From positions 17,688,871-17,752,870 of the forward strand of contig NC_092676.1 of assembly GCF_964355755.1 (NCBI RefSeq): a DNA stretch of 64,000 bases, written 5' to 3'. A model generated the notes under the pieces. That model had not been told where the DNA came from, ran no database searches, and was given only the letters and a program-made list of their open reading frames with translations. The position numbers were made by a program, and so were the translations under genes. Below, piece by piece: positions 50,201 through 59,845 of the stretch. Origin of the DNA: Antedon mediterranea. Taxonomy: Eukaryota > Animalia > Echinodermata. The number at the start of each line of letters is the position of its first letter. The stretch's first letter is position 1.

Positions 50201-53200
50201 AACAGTCAATACTAACCTCCCACGTCCTACATACCACAACATGCAATGCATCAACTGTCAATATTCACCTCCCATGTCCTACATGCCTCAACATGCAGTG
50301 CATCAACTGTCAATATTCACCTCCCAAGTCCTACATGCCTCAACATGCAGTGCATCAACTGTCAATATTCACCTCCCACGTCCTACATGCATCAACAGCA
50401 GTGCATCAACTTTCAGTATTCACCTCCCAAGTCCTACATGTCTCAACATGTAGTACATCAACAGTAAATTCCCACCTCTAAAATCCTACATGCCTCAACA
50501 TGTAATGCATTAACTGTTATCCACGCTGCTAGTTACTGTATTTTGATTTTTTTGGTATTTATAAAACCAAGAAGTATGAATTTAAAAATCAATTAAATTA
50601 TTCAATAATACTACATCAATTAAGTGCATTTTCTTCATAATTATAGATTGGTGTCGGAATTATGTCAAATCTAATAGTTCTTCCTGTAAGTGTTTTAGTT
50701 ATCGCTCTATTTAAAAATGCTCGACGACGATCCCGATTTTCTGTGTTTGCAAAGATAATGCAGCAACGATTAAAAGTAAGTGTCTTGAATGAATTCAGTT
50801 GCATTGAACTGCTTAACAAAATGATTATAAAGGTGTTTATTGACAAATTGTGTTAATTTTTTCAATATTTTACATAAATGATTTTAATTATTTACAGGAG
50901 AAAGAAGCATCAGACCAATCTCTGGTTGATCTGGAAAATGTTACCCTTAGTAAGGATAAAAAGGGTACGGGAAATGATACTACACATCAACCACAAACTG
51001 ATACATTGTTGAACAAAAGTGACATTAAGCGAAGGAGAAGAAAGAAAAAAAAGACAAAGTTGTTTCCTTGGTGGGCTATCATTCCTGCCTGGTTTCTAGC
51101 AGTATCGGCCATTTTAGCTGCAACCGTCTTTGTTATATTTTATGCCATACAAATGGGCAATGAAGAGGCATTGGCTTGGTTGACGTCATTGCTGGTATCA
51201 ATGTTTTTCGGTATTTTACTTACACAGCCAATAAAGGTAAATATTTTGTAGTTAAAGTAGTTATTCACTTTTGCCAGAAAAAAATGACATTATATTACAA
51301 TTATTTTATGTAGGTGGCCAATATTATGTTTCAATAATTGAAATTCAAAAACATGAAGGCTGTGCCTGTTATTTAATACTTTTCCAAACTAGCTTGAATT
51401 TTAACCTTGTAAGATGTTTGAAAAGTCCAAACTATAGAACATAACCAAACAGAATTTTATAATAGTAAACCATAGCACCAATTAATAGGATATTTTCATG
51501 TGTTAAACTTGATTTTGTAAGCAATAAATTCTCAATTTAATATAATTTATATATAATCTAATAGGGATTGGTTATTGCAATGGTCATTGCATCAATATGC
51601 AAATCACCAGTGCAAGAATCTGATGATGAAGAAAATGACGAGGACATTCCTGATGACATAAAGAACAATAACGAAGCACAAAGTGAGAACGACAATCAAC
51701 AAACTAGTAAGTAATAAACAGCATTTTATAAATGTTTATACAAGTACTCTCATTTCATGTACAGTAATCATATTGCTGTAGAAATGTCCATTAATCCAAA
51801 AAATAACCTGCTTGTTTTCAAATTAGATCAGATTCTAGATCTGCCTTATTAGATAGAATATTCAAACTTTCAACTGAACTCATAAACATTCATCAATTGT
51901 ATAAACATATATTTTAGGGTATTGTTTTTCTTCATATATTGTTGTATTGCATTTAATATATTGTGAAATATTGTGAATAAATATGAATATGTAAATCTCG
52001 AACAAAAAATTATTCATTTTACAGATGACACAACTATAAGTGCAAGTGATGGTTTAGCAAAAACTAAACTTGAAAAGAAACGAAAACAAAGACTATATGA
52101 AATGAAACTAGACTCTGTTTTAATTGAGATTTTCATTCACTGTACGTTTGTGATAATCGCGTTTGTAATCTGCTACAGTGAGTTTGATCCAAATGCCTAC
52201 AAATACAAGTCTCACCTTGAAAATACCTTTGTCAAAGCATCATCTACTGGAATTTTGCCTTTTGACAATGTAAGTGAAATACAAATAGTTGGAGGTTATA
52301 ATTGTCTGTCTTTTTGTCTGTTTGTTATAGCAAGATATATTGTCCCCTGAAAAAAATAATTTCTTAACACGTTTTTTTTTTAATATTCCATTTTAATGTC
52401 ACATAAAATATTTATTTGACCAAAAAATAAATTTTAAAAATAACTATTTACCTGAAAAACTTAAATTGTAAGCAAAAAATAGTCAAATTGGCTGCCAGCC
52501 AGTGGTTTTTAACCGTTTATTTGTCATTTTTATTTTAAAACATAATTTTATTTTATTTTTTCCTTGGAAGTGATTCAAATTTATTAAAACTAGAAATAAA
52601 AATGGCCTGTTTGATTTTATTAATCTGTATTTTCGTGTTTTTGGGGGACAATACATCTTTAAATCAAAACTAATTAACAGATTTTATAGACATTATGTTG
52701 TTGTTTTGGACCTAATCTAATTTCCTCAATTTCTATCTTGAGGACGATATTAAATATCCTTACCGTTACCCAACAACCGACAGTAATATTATTTAAACAT
52801 GTTTTCAATCTTTTATTAAGCTATCGCACCCTGGTAATTTCTGGCCATGGATGATGAACATATTCCTACCTGCTGTATATGCACCTTCCCTATTCAACAG
52901 TACTTACCTTGATAATTCAGACGACATTTTAGCAGATGAAATGTCTTATATTCTTGGATATCCAGTTCTTCGACAGCTCAGAATTAAACCAGGTATGTAA
53001 TTTTATCAGTCATACAAAATTATGACACAAATCAAATGAATTATTATATATTATTATATTAACTATATGGTATGGCAAAAAGAATTTTGTTTTGTGTTCC
53101 ATATGCGTCCTCTTTAGAAAATATTTAATTTGTAGTTAATGGTATTTTCAGAACTAAACAATTTTTTTTCTTTTGCATGGTCCAAATTGCGAATATGATT

Positions 53201-54641
53201 TCTGAAGTGAAGGTTAAGCAAAGTTTTTTAAATGAAATAATTAATGAAATGATTTCAATTTCATTCAGAAATGTGTTCTTTGCATGAAACAATCGCCAAC
53301 TTTTCTCGTGAATGCAACATTGCATACTCAATATTGAATGAAGATACAGCTAACTATGGACCACATTGGGAAACATTTAACGAGACTGATGTGTCAAACC
53401 AATTTATCTATCGAGATGCTAGCAAAATCAATGGTTTTCCTTTTGTTGCCAAGCATGCAGTCTACAGTGGCGGTGGCTATGTATACAAAATGAAGGGAAG
53501 AATGCGAAAAATTCAAGATAGATTAAAGTTTCTGATCGAGCAGCGTTGGTTCGATCAATACACACGGGCGTTATTTATAGAAATTTTTCTTTATAATCCT
53601 CAGGTTAATTTGTTTGCTTCCATCACCCTCTTACTTGAGGTGCTACCTACAGGTGGTGCGTACCCCCATTATAGGATTGATGTTATACGATTATTTCCAA
53701 ATACAGATAATTTTATGTACATTAACCTAGTATGTAAATTTATATATTTATTATTTGTAGGCGTCTTTTGTTTCAAAGAAATTAAAAATATAATCAATCA
53801 GAAAAAAAAATACTTTCGAAAAATATCAAACATGTTAGAGTTTATTATTGTGTTGCTTGCATTATTTGCAGCAATATTATTTTTCATGAGAATGAAGATA
53901 GTAAATTCTATAGTAAAAGAAATTGAGGATAAAGATGGTTCAGGGCATGTCAACCTGGCTTTAGCTGTTTACTTTAATGATATATTTAGCTGCCTCCTAG
54001 GTTTTATACTATTTTTTGGGACAGTCAAGTTCCTTAAAATTTTACGCTTCAATGAGTTTATTGCAATATTTTTAAAAATGTTTCAGCATTCTGCAATGGA
54101 TCTTTTAAGTTATTTTCTTTTCCTATGGATTATCTTCATTGCATTCACATCTCTTTTCTACATCACCTTTTTAACAATTCTTGAAGACTATTCAAGTTTT
54201 ATCGTAGCAGCAGAATCTATAATTGACAATATTATGGGAAATTTTGACTTTGAAACCATCAGATCATCATATAAAATTATAGGCCCTATTTACCTGTTTT
54301 CATTACTTACTTCTTTTATGTTTTTTTTCTTTAATATGTTTCTTGCGATAATGATAGAAGCCTACGAAGTAATATGTGGTCAGGTAGTATTAGAATTTTC
54401 TGCATCAGATCTCTGGATGCATTTAGTTAAAAAATTTAAATGGAAGAAATCCCCAAAACCAGATAAAGATAATTTAGAGAATGATGATAACCATTTAGCA
54501 AATAGTATTGACATGTTACTTATGCATGTAACAAATATGCATATGCATGAACTTCAGTATTCTATTCAAATTGATCATCTTGAAAAAAGTAATTATTTTC
54601 ACAATAGAAAGGTAGATAATAGTTTCCATCCCTCAAAATGA
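8159..54641 (+). CDS. Polycystin-1 family (PKD1-like / REJ-type) receptor-channel gene, 42 traced exons, 5' end not identified
   Basis: Phase-consistent GT-AG exons: 8159-8230, 11171-11608, 12735-12752, 13112-13237, 14604-14693, 15130-15342, 17818-17889, 18312-18749, 19204-19248, 19696-19722, 21159-21176, 21705-21836, 22338-22427, 23842-24054, 24216-24323, 24869-24960, 25425-26318, 27057-27213, 27732-27900, 28459-28634, 29009-29260, 32139-32311, 33025-33187, 33774-33799, 34075-34107, 34440-34568, 35057-35182, 35283-35336, 35868-36119, 36392-36770, 37276-37529, 37905-38132, 39737-39838, 40576-40691, 41048-41213, 43425-43703, 50647-50775, 50898-51236, 51565-51706, 52025-52269, 52821-52992, 53269-54641 (sum 8720 nt = 2 + 2906 codons including TGA). 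Family motifs: REJ GCFGTGPG, GPS C..W..W..GC..C.C.HLTSF, PLAT IWHDNSG, HLWFSVFLRPP, LRQLRI, YSGGGY. Orthology to a specific PKD1L/REJ gene cannot be assigned. Confidence 0.9.
8353..11137 (+). mobile_element. Decayed LINE (APE endonuclease plus RT, CR1/L2-group) in an intron
   Basis: Broken ORFs 8316-10659: LAETWF..RGG, SDFN, LDFI..SDH, PWIT, IRPISLTP, QF..ST, VPQ..GP.LF, LLGV.I...LKW, IEYACP.W; frameshifts and stops; AATAAA tail; absent from the paralogous intron at ~18012. Confidence 0.88.
11171..11608 (+). CDS. C-type lectin-like domain exon 1
   Basis: tttcag|..|gtaaga, 438 nt, phase 1-1; AKYEC..GKLASL..EE.EFV, YVIGL, WKW, W..NQP, FLCE motifs (ORF 11239-11628). Confidence 0.85.
12735..15342 (+). 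CDS. F-type lectin (fucolectin/FTP) domain 1: micro-exon 12735-12752 plus exons 13112-13237, 14604-14693, 15130-15342
   Basis: Spliced protein AHQSST..ASNAIDGN..SCTHT EETSSPWWYVDL..IVIFNRDDCC ENRL..VRVG..CG..C..GQYVSVYL..LTICEI; canonical H-X26-R-X-D-X4-R motif. Confidence 0.88.
13150..13600 (+). repeat. ~160-bp tandem triplication of the 3' half and donor of F-lectin exon 13112-13237
   Basis: CAGATTCTC..GTTGCCAGCAA.GCAATTGATGGTAATTTATCTGGG..CACACACCG|GTAAGTGAAAC occurs three times (donors at 13238, 13398, 13559). Confidence 0.9.
15657..17097 (-). mobile_element. 5'-truncated RTE-clade LINE with an 11-bp target-site duplication
   Basis: TSD ATCATATATTA at 15646-15656 and 17098-17108; empty paralogous site at 19141-19151. 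Confidence 0.92.
15834..17102 (-). CDS. RTE-type reverse transcriptase (truncated; likely frameshift near the C-terminus)
   Basis: 422 aa: RTISLISHASKI, EQAGF, FIDYSKAFD, GVRQGCILSP.LFN, YADD, FNFLGS, AFEMWCWR. Confidence 0.9.
   Translation of the reverse strand: MMRQGMKVTITLMHNLCNLIWTDKSWPTDWARSIFIPLPKKGDTRECKNNRTISLISHASKIMLYIIVERTKQYIRREIPQEQAGFVEERGTRDQISNIRNIMERAIEFNRPLYMCFIDYSKAFDMVQHQRLWNILIAMGFPRHVVELLRTLYDNQEAAVRIACGDSTWFKIKQGVRQGCILSPHLFNVYAEYIMRLALENFNSRISIGGRTINNIRYADDTTLLTDNAQEMEGLVEKVRRESEKFGYFLNVSKTKVMIINPQKENPIIHAGNQVIEVVNHFNFLGSMISNHGGCSIEIKRRLAMAKSSMCLMHKIWKDRSISKATKIRLIGALVFPIATYACETWVINAADQKRIEAFEMWCWRKLLGIPWTARRTNESVRHEIGKKGTLIESIIKQKLQYFGHIARRDGDSMEKMIIWES
17218..17603. 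repeat. Short array (6-7 copies) of the 58-bp minisatellite
   Basis: Same unit as 5603-7975; marks the start of duplication copy 2. Confidence 0.95.
17818..17889 (+). CDS. Thr/Pro-rich linker exon, copy 2
   Basis: Duplicate of 8159-8230 with the same splice sites (acceptor is now TAGCAG, a NAGNAG site). Confidence 0.7.
18312..18749 (+). CDS. C-type lectin-like domain exon 2
   Basis: Paralog of 11171-11608, same length and splice sites; lies inside ORF 18026-18769. Confidence 0.85.
19204..19722 (+). CDS. Two short mucin-like linker exons (19204-19248, 19696-19722)
   Basis: cag|..|gtaagc and tttag|..|gtaatt; 45 and 27 nt, phase 1-1; VSVPTTIAPTTPLD and LTTVLPTT. Confidence 0.6.
20010..21051. 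mobile_element. Non-autonomous piggyBac-like DNA transposon
   Basis: TTAA on both sides (20006-20009, 21052-21055); 14-bp TIR CACTTTGACTGCCA/TGGCAGTCAAAGTG; subterminal ~31-bp direct repeat at the left end; no transposase ORF. Confidence 0.85.
21159..24054 (+). CDS. F-type lectin domain 2 (degenerate fucose motif): micro-exon 21159-21176 plus exons 21705-21836, 22338-22427, 23842-24054
   Basis: Same exon layout as domain 1 (18/132/90/213 nt); AHQSST..AIDGN..CTKT..NPWWYLDI..IYNREDCC EDAL..LCEV. Confidence 0.85.
22968..23430 (-). mobile_element. Penelope-like retroelement relic (GIY-YIG C-terminal fragment plus inverted pLTR)
   Basis: IEET..FGRRLKEHK..SAIADHA...NH.IDW...KIID, and NINRDEGAHQLSRVY in another frame; ~62-bp inverted repeats at 22968-23030 and 23369-23430. 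Confidence 0.75.
23336..23383 (+). ncRNA. Minimal hammerhead ribozyme-like motif (Penelope type, possibly degenerate)
   Basis: CTT-CTGATGA-AA-CTGTCC(GATCA)GGACAG-C-GAAA-CT-GTC-AAG: both core boxes, 6-bp stem II, GTC cleavage triplet, short stem I CTT/AAG. Confidence 0.6.
24216..32311 (+). CDS. PKD-like and REJ module exons of the PKD1-like gene
   Basis: HTFHE|SGSYNIT, IDFGNG, SKDPD, YYCRR, GCFGT|GPG, NLPPSGGVCSLSP, CTGWTD; ORFs 25446-26348, 28442-28714, 28930-29268, 32138-32341. Confidence 0.85.
29485..32096 (-). mobile_element. Tandem pair of non-autonomous Helentron/DINE-1-like rolling-circle elements
   Basis: Two related ~1.25-1.35 kb units (starting 29485 and 30724), each with terminal CTAG, hairpin AACTCGTC-ACTTGAG-GACGAGTT and subterminal IR TTGGTTATCCGCC. 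The far end has the partner IR GGCGGATAACCAA inside hairpin TTATCCGC-TTGAG-GCGGATAA, duplicated at 31985-32096; flanks are A/T runs. Confidence 0.75.
30891..30970 (-). pseudogene. tRNA-derived segment present in only one Helentron-like copy
   Basis: Minus strand has A-box-like TGGCTAGATGTG and B-box GGATCGAATCC at tRNA spacing; stems degenerate. Confidence 0.45.
32336..32507. mobile_element. Small Tc1/mariner (pogo-like) MITE
   Basis: TA|CAGTAGAAC ... GTTCTACTT|TA with internal AGGGGACAC repeats; related element at ~61316-61558. Confidence 0.5.
33025..38132 (+). CDS. GAIN domain, GPS cleavage motif and TM1 exons
   Basis: NPF..VVSLAF..PIEIMIPR; CNFWSKEKNTWTSEGCV|VGKDTSFTYTQCLCTHLTSF; hydrophobic ITIYVTCIVSYVFFTLIFIWARRKD. 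Confidence 0.88.
34800..35000. mobile_element. Old dispersed SINE-like repeat; related copies at ~19440-19610, ~21290-21460 (opposite strand) and ~40090-40340
   Basis: Shared CTGCCAATTCAAGCGATC..GTCCATG.CAGTG.CTGTGTGTGAACTA..GGTTCTTTAAA.TGCACA; B-box-like sequence near 19585-19595. Confidence 0.5.
38219..39544. mobile_element. Palindromic non-autonomous DNA transposon, Academ-like, copy 1
   Basis: TAGCCTGGGTGCAG...CTGCACCCAGGCTA termini, ~550-bp imperfect inverted arms, 3-bp TSD AAT, internal ~180-bp duplication. Confidence 0.85.
39737..41213 (+). CDS. PLAT/LH2 domain exons (39737-39838, 40576-40691, 41048-41213)
   Basis: YEVTVVTA..ATNSKVSFIISG..FRRGAVDKF..LGNL..VRIWHDNSG..SWFL..F.FNNWLS..GDG; 384 nt total, bounded by phase-0 introns. 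Confidence 0.88.
41228..41445. mobile_element. Short MITE with CAAGG...CCTTG termini
   Basis: CAAGGCAATCT..ACAGGA..CTGAGCTC vs GAGCTCAGCATCCTGTAAGATTGCCTTG; imperfect flanking CTTTAA repeat; related end at ~12088-12120. Confidence 0.5.
41858..41929 (+). pseudogene. tRNA-like pseudogene or SINE head
   Basis: Acceptor stem GCCCCAG/TTGGGGC, D arm GTCT-AATGGTTA-GGAC, anticodon stem TCTGC/GCAGA with loop ATATCAA; T arm broken (no TTCGA). Confidence 0.55.
42199..43347. mobile_element. Palindromic non-autonomous DNA transposon, Academ-like, copy 2 (inverted relative to copy 1)
   Basis: Same termini, 3-bp TSD TAA; arms near-identical to copy 1 in reverse orientation. Confidence 0.85.
43425..52992 (+). 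CDS. TM2-TM6 and start of TOP domain exons
   Basis: DDHLWFSVFLRPPESNFTCMQRAVCC; FPWWAIIPAWFL..WLTSLLVSMFFGILLTQPIK; FWPWM..LP; LGYPVLRQLRIKP. Confidence 0.88.
43735..50517. repeat. 52-bp satellite array (~6.8 kb, ~130 units) filling one intron
   Basis: Unit TCCTACATGCCTCAACATGCAGTGCATCAACTGTCAATATTCACCTCCCAAG; variant blocks recur (44821.. equals 48166.., offset 3345). Confidence 0.98.
53269..54641 (+). CDS. Terminal exon: TOP domain, polycystin cation-channel TMs and C-tail
   Basis: ORF 53271-54641, 456 aa: YSGGGY, WFDQYTRALFIE..YNPQVNLF, KFLKILRFN, GPIY, NMFLAIMIEAY. Confidence 0.93.
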
Positions 54642-54834
54642 TCATGAATCATGATCATCATCATCATGTGGATGATGTAATTAATTGCTTAGATTGACAT
54701 AAAATGAATCATTCACTTTGCTTATCCTCAACCATAGACTTCGATGCAACCTAAATACAAAAACACACTGTACCTATTATTCTTTTTAAAACTTGAGAAG
54801 CCTGTAGAGGGTATATAGTTTAACTGCAGTACTA

Positions 54835-56449
54835 TGGAACGCCTCCTCTGCCTTCAGTTCACATTTATCATGCAGTACACACCAATCGTCATGCAGTAAA
54901 CACCAATGGTCATGCAGTACACACCAAACGTCATGCAGTACACACCAATCGTTATGCAGTACACACCAATCGTCATGCAGTACACACCAAACATCATGCA
55001 GTACACACCAATTGTCATGCAGTACACACTAAACATCATGCAGTACACACAAAACATCATGCAATACACACCAATCGTCATGCAGTACACACCAATCGTC
55101 ATGCAGTACACACCAGTCGTCATGCAGTACACACCAATGGTCATGCAGTACACACCAATCGTCATGCAGTACACACCAATCGTCATGCAGTGAAATATTG
55201 CATAATTTATACCGCCACCTATCGACAAAATCGAATATCATGTGACGTTTATTAGACGGCTGTAAAACTAAGACTATTTAAACTTGTGTAGCGGTTAAAA
55301 TAAGTACAGTATGTCAAGCATAAAAGATAAAGAAAAGTCGATGGCCTTAGTTTTACAACCGTCTAATAAACGTCATGTGATATTCGATTCTGTCGATAGG
55401 TGGCAGTATAAATTACGCAATATTTCACTGCATGACGATTAGTGTGTACTGCATGACGATTGGTGTGTACTGCATGACGATTGGTGTGTACTGCATGAGC
55501 ATTGGTGTGTACTGCATGATGTTTGGTGTGTACTGCATGTTTGGTGTGTACTGCATGATGTTTGGTGTGTACTGCATGATAAATGTGAACTGAAGGCAGA
55601 GGAGGCGTTTCATAGTGTATTGCATGACGATTGGTGTGTACTGCATGACGATTGGTGTGTACTGCATGACCATTGGTGTGTACTGCATGACCATTGGTGT
55701 GTACTGCATGACCATTGGTGTGTACTGTGACTGACACAGGAAAAAATATCCACAAACCGTTTCAGATTTTCACCAATGTACATAGCATGCAATTTATTTA
55801 ACAAAAACTTTTCAAGATCGTCACTTGTATCATTTGTATTTATTTATATAGTTATCACATCGTATTATTTATTCTACTCGGGTACAAAACATATCTCGAA
55901 ATTGTTAACAATTTTGACAATAAAGTTATCTTGTATCTTGTATCTTGTACTGCATGACCATTGGTGTGTACTGCATGACCATTGGTGTGTACTGCATGAC
56001 GATTGGTGTGTACTGGATGACCATTGGTGTGTACTGCATGACCTTTGGTGTGTACTGCATGACCATTGGTATGTACTGCATGACCATTGGTATGTACTGC
56101 ATGACCATTGGTTTGTACTGCATGACGATTGGTGTGTACTGCATGACGTTTGGTGTGTACTGCATGACGATTGGTGTGTACTGCATGACCATTGGTGTGT
56201 ACTGCATGACCATTGGTGTGTACTGCATGACCATTGGTGTGTACTGCATGACCATTGGTTTGTACTGCATGACGATTGGTGTGTACTGCATGACGATTGG
56301 TGTGTACTGCATGATGTTTGGTGTGTACTGCATGACGATTGGTGTGTACTGCATGACCATTGGTGTGTACTGCATGACCATTGGTGTGTACTGCATGACC
56401 ATTGGTGTGTACTGCATAGATGTGAACTGAAGGCAGAGGAGGCGTTCCA
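54835..56449. mobile_element. Foldback element complex carrying 21-bp tandem repeats
   Basis: TA|TGGAACGCCTCCTCTGCCTTCAGTTCACAT left end; inverted ends at ~55583-55612 and ~56420-56449, each followed by TA; unit CATGCAGTACACACCAATCGT at 54868-55190 (+), 55427-55728 and 55946-56417 (inverted). Confidence 0.78.
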
Positions 56450-58520
56450 TACAGTACAGCTATTGTTATACTCATGCTTGAATAAGTTTTCAAGGTTACC
56501 CACTTTGTTAGGTGTAGCTCATTAATTCATATAACCTAATTTACATATTTCAGCCACATGGTTGGCCAGAGAGAGTCTTTAGTTGTTTTCTTTTGTTCAA
56601 ATTAGTAGCAGTGAAGGTGGAAGCACCATTTTTTTTAAATACCAGTACAGCATAGTAGAATCACAATACAACCAGCAATACTAGTCTAGTGCACCTAGCC
56701 ATTGTAGATAGCAAGTATTCAGTACAGGATAGTACCAGTGTACAATTAAGTTTATCATTTACCTATTTGTGTTAAATTTACCTGCTTTTAGAGAAAATTG
56801 TATTGTTTTTGAAAATTATACAAGAAGATGACAATATGTGTAGGCCTACTGTATCAACAAGTGGTCAACATTATGGCACCACCCATGGTTGTACAGGTTA
56901 TAAATATTAGGTAAGCCCCATTCTTATTTGTCGTATTTTTAATTGTTTCTTTTCTAAATCCACATGTAGCCATACCTTATTACGAGATCTGTCAAGGCAA
57001 ACAAACATTTCTGTATCGCTCTACCAATGTATGTAATCTATACAAATTATTTTAATTATTAATTTGCATTTTTCCATATTATTCTTAATATGCTTGTAAT
57101 TATTTAAAATACTTTTACCATTTTTTTTTACTGTTTTTTTTTTTTAACTTACGAAACTTTACTACTGGTAATGAAAGTGAATAAGAATAAAGTAACATAT
57201 ATAAATTTGTACAGAGAAACGAATTATCATCTTGATTTAGATTTTTTCATGTTTTATTTGTATCCCCTTTATTGATATCTAGCCACTGATAATGCAGTAT
57301 TGTCATTTTTTTTCTTGGTAAATAGGCACTAAAGAAACCTTATATTTATTATTCATTTTTAAATTTATTTGTTTAAACCCTTTTGTTTTGCAACATAACT
57401 TCCTATATCACTGTAATACTGCCTAATGGACCAAAGGGCTTGAAAAGGATAGAATGTAAGATGACATATTTTGGGTGATTTTTCATATTCACAACCTTAC
57501 AGTATATTTCTATATACACCATAAATAATAAGGCAATATGTGCACATTATAGCTATTATTATGTAAAATATATATTTTACTAATATAATGTACAGTATTT
57601 AAAAGTAGCAAATTTTAGTTTTTTAAGTCCTTGAATTGTACTGTATTTTTTTAATTTTACCAATTTATTCTTTATATATACATTCATTAAACAAATATGA
57701 AAGAAAATAAATCTATTTTTCTTTTCTTTTATTACAACAGTAAATATAGTTTTATCAATAATCAGGTTACATGAGCTTTAATACAGTAATACTAAACAAT
57801 AAAATGACATTAAATTTGTACTAAATTTATTTATAGTTGAATAGAACAAAACAACATTAAAATTTCACACACATTTTCGCTTGTGACAATTCTACATATG
57901 ACGTTACCTTAATTATTCACTAGATTAGTGAGTATACAAAACAAATATGTAAAATGTTTAAACCTATTAAATCCATTAAAAATATAAAAAATTTGGCACA
58001 AACAGTATCTTAATTTACTATACAGTAATACAAATCTTTAAATGAGTAAACAGCCTAATTGTTTGCAAAATGTACATATTCAGCCATAATCAAGGTCTAT
58101 ACAAATAAAATCAAGCTAGCATGTGTAGGTTCTAGGATTATTACTATAAGGTTTTTGTTGTACGAAAATATACATCTCATGGTACAAATCTATGTCCCAT
58201 GTCAAAATTGAGAGTTTCGGGTTCAACTGCTTCATTTAGCATTACAAAATTATGTACAATATTCACCATGTAAATTAGAAGTGAAATAACACATTCCTAT
58301 ATGTTTGCAGGTACTATGTCATAACCAGGTCATTTCGTCCTACTGTAAAGCATTGATCAACACCTCACAAAAAGGGTCACAAGGCTAGAAGCAGAACTAG
58401 ACTAGCTAGATCCTATCATACCATTTATAAAATCATTAACACTATGTTTTTGAAATACAAATATAAAATTCACAAAATTATGTACAAAACATGTTAAAAT
58501 CGTAAATTTCCTTTCACAAT

Positions 58521-59486
58521 AGAGAGGTTTCGCAACCTTACGAATATGATAACGAAAACGGATACGTCACACATTTGTGAAACTTTTGAGCTGATCCCCA
58601 TTTCATATTCGTAAAGCGTATTCGTGTTGACGAATATCACCAGTCATATTCGTAACTACAAAACGAGTATAGTTTTTGATCTATTTTGCACATTTTGCAT
58701 TTGAATCAGGAATGATTCATGATTATAATATAATTATAGATTTATCTATATATAAATTTACGTAAGGGCAAAATTTGGTAAATCGCGCCTTACTTCTAGA
58801 ATTTTTACTCGATGGTATATAAAGTTGGTTCGTACTTTCGGTACTGATTTTAACCACCTGATGTAACCATGTTTACTAATTAAATTAAGTTAGATAATTA
58901 GTTATTGACGATTAAAACGAATTTAGGTTCAACGATTTGCCCCAAATAGGGGTGTTTTCCGATCGTGGTATACACTGTCTAATGGATGTCCATCTTGAAA
59001 AATACCCGCCACAAAAATGCGAGGAGGCTTCGCATTTTCCTATCTCCTCCTACGATAATTGTTTTTAATAGCTGAAAACTGGTTGAACAGCTAGAGTAAA
59101 TTGTACAATCGTATATTGAATCTATCAAAATAGTATTTTTTAAAGAAAATCGGCCTGTCTTCAACATTATGATATCATAATGTTGAAGACAGGCCGATTT
59201 TCTTTAAAAAATACTATAAAATACTATTTTGATAGATTCAATATACGATTGTACAAATGTATTGATTTGCGATGAATGGAACATCCCAATCTCTCAGTCT
59301 GCCAGAGTTTGGTTTAACACAAGTAGGTAAATTTATGAGCCCTTGGTTTAACACATACGGTAGGTAAATATATGGGCCCTTTGAGAATAAACTTGCAATA
59401 CTTTGACAATACTGTAAATAACTATTTTACGTGTGCGTGACGTATCCGTTTTCGTTATCGTATTCGTAAGATTGCGAAACCTCTCT
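58521..59486. mobile_element. Non-autonomous DNA transposon with ~50-bp TIRs
   Basis: AT|AGAGAGGTTTCGCAACCTTACGAATATGATAACGAAAACGGATACGTCAC ... GTGACGTATCCGTTTTCGTTATCGTATTCGTAAGATTGCGAAACCTCTCT|AT; superfamily not resolved. Confidence 0.8.
59101..59256. repeat. Spacer-less palindrome with ~73-bp arms
   Basis: Centre GAT|ATC at 59173/59174; arms match except for a ~10-bp duplication in the right arm. Confidence 0.9.
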
Positions 59487-59845
59487 ATTATCAGCACACA
59501 CATAATATTCCCACACACTATTTGTCATAACAGTAGTATTAAATAGTAAATCAGCTCTAAAAAGAAAATTGAGATACTTTAGTCAAGCCTCGTTAAAATG
59601 CCAAGCCAGCAATTTGTCAAATACTATTTATTTAATTTGTAACTAAATTTTCTATTAATTATTTATTCCAAAATTAGTACTGAACATAGTATTTCAATCA
59701 ATAGATCAAAATTAATTACATACTGCAATTAATACTGTGATATAAAAAAATCATAAAGCAGGGGTCCGGTTAGAGATAGTAAAACCTGTGTCCTTTGTCC
59801 CACGTAGAATTCCCGAGCTGGTTTCGGCCTAAACAAAAGAATTTC

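Noticed and set aside
43732-50481. Dozens of overlapping His/Ser/Cys-rich ORFs
   Set aside because: Translations of the 52-bp satellite in all three frames, inside an intron whose flanking exons join in phase 0
43735-56417. Common origin of the 52-bp and 21-bp repeats (shared CATGCAGT)
   Set aside because: Only about 8 bp are shared, within chance
54854-56525. Heptad-repeat ORFs (MQYTPIV, HAVHTNG, CSTHQWS) on both strands
   Set aside because: Products of the stop-poor 21-bp tandem repeat inside a foldback element
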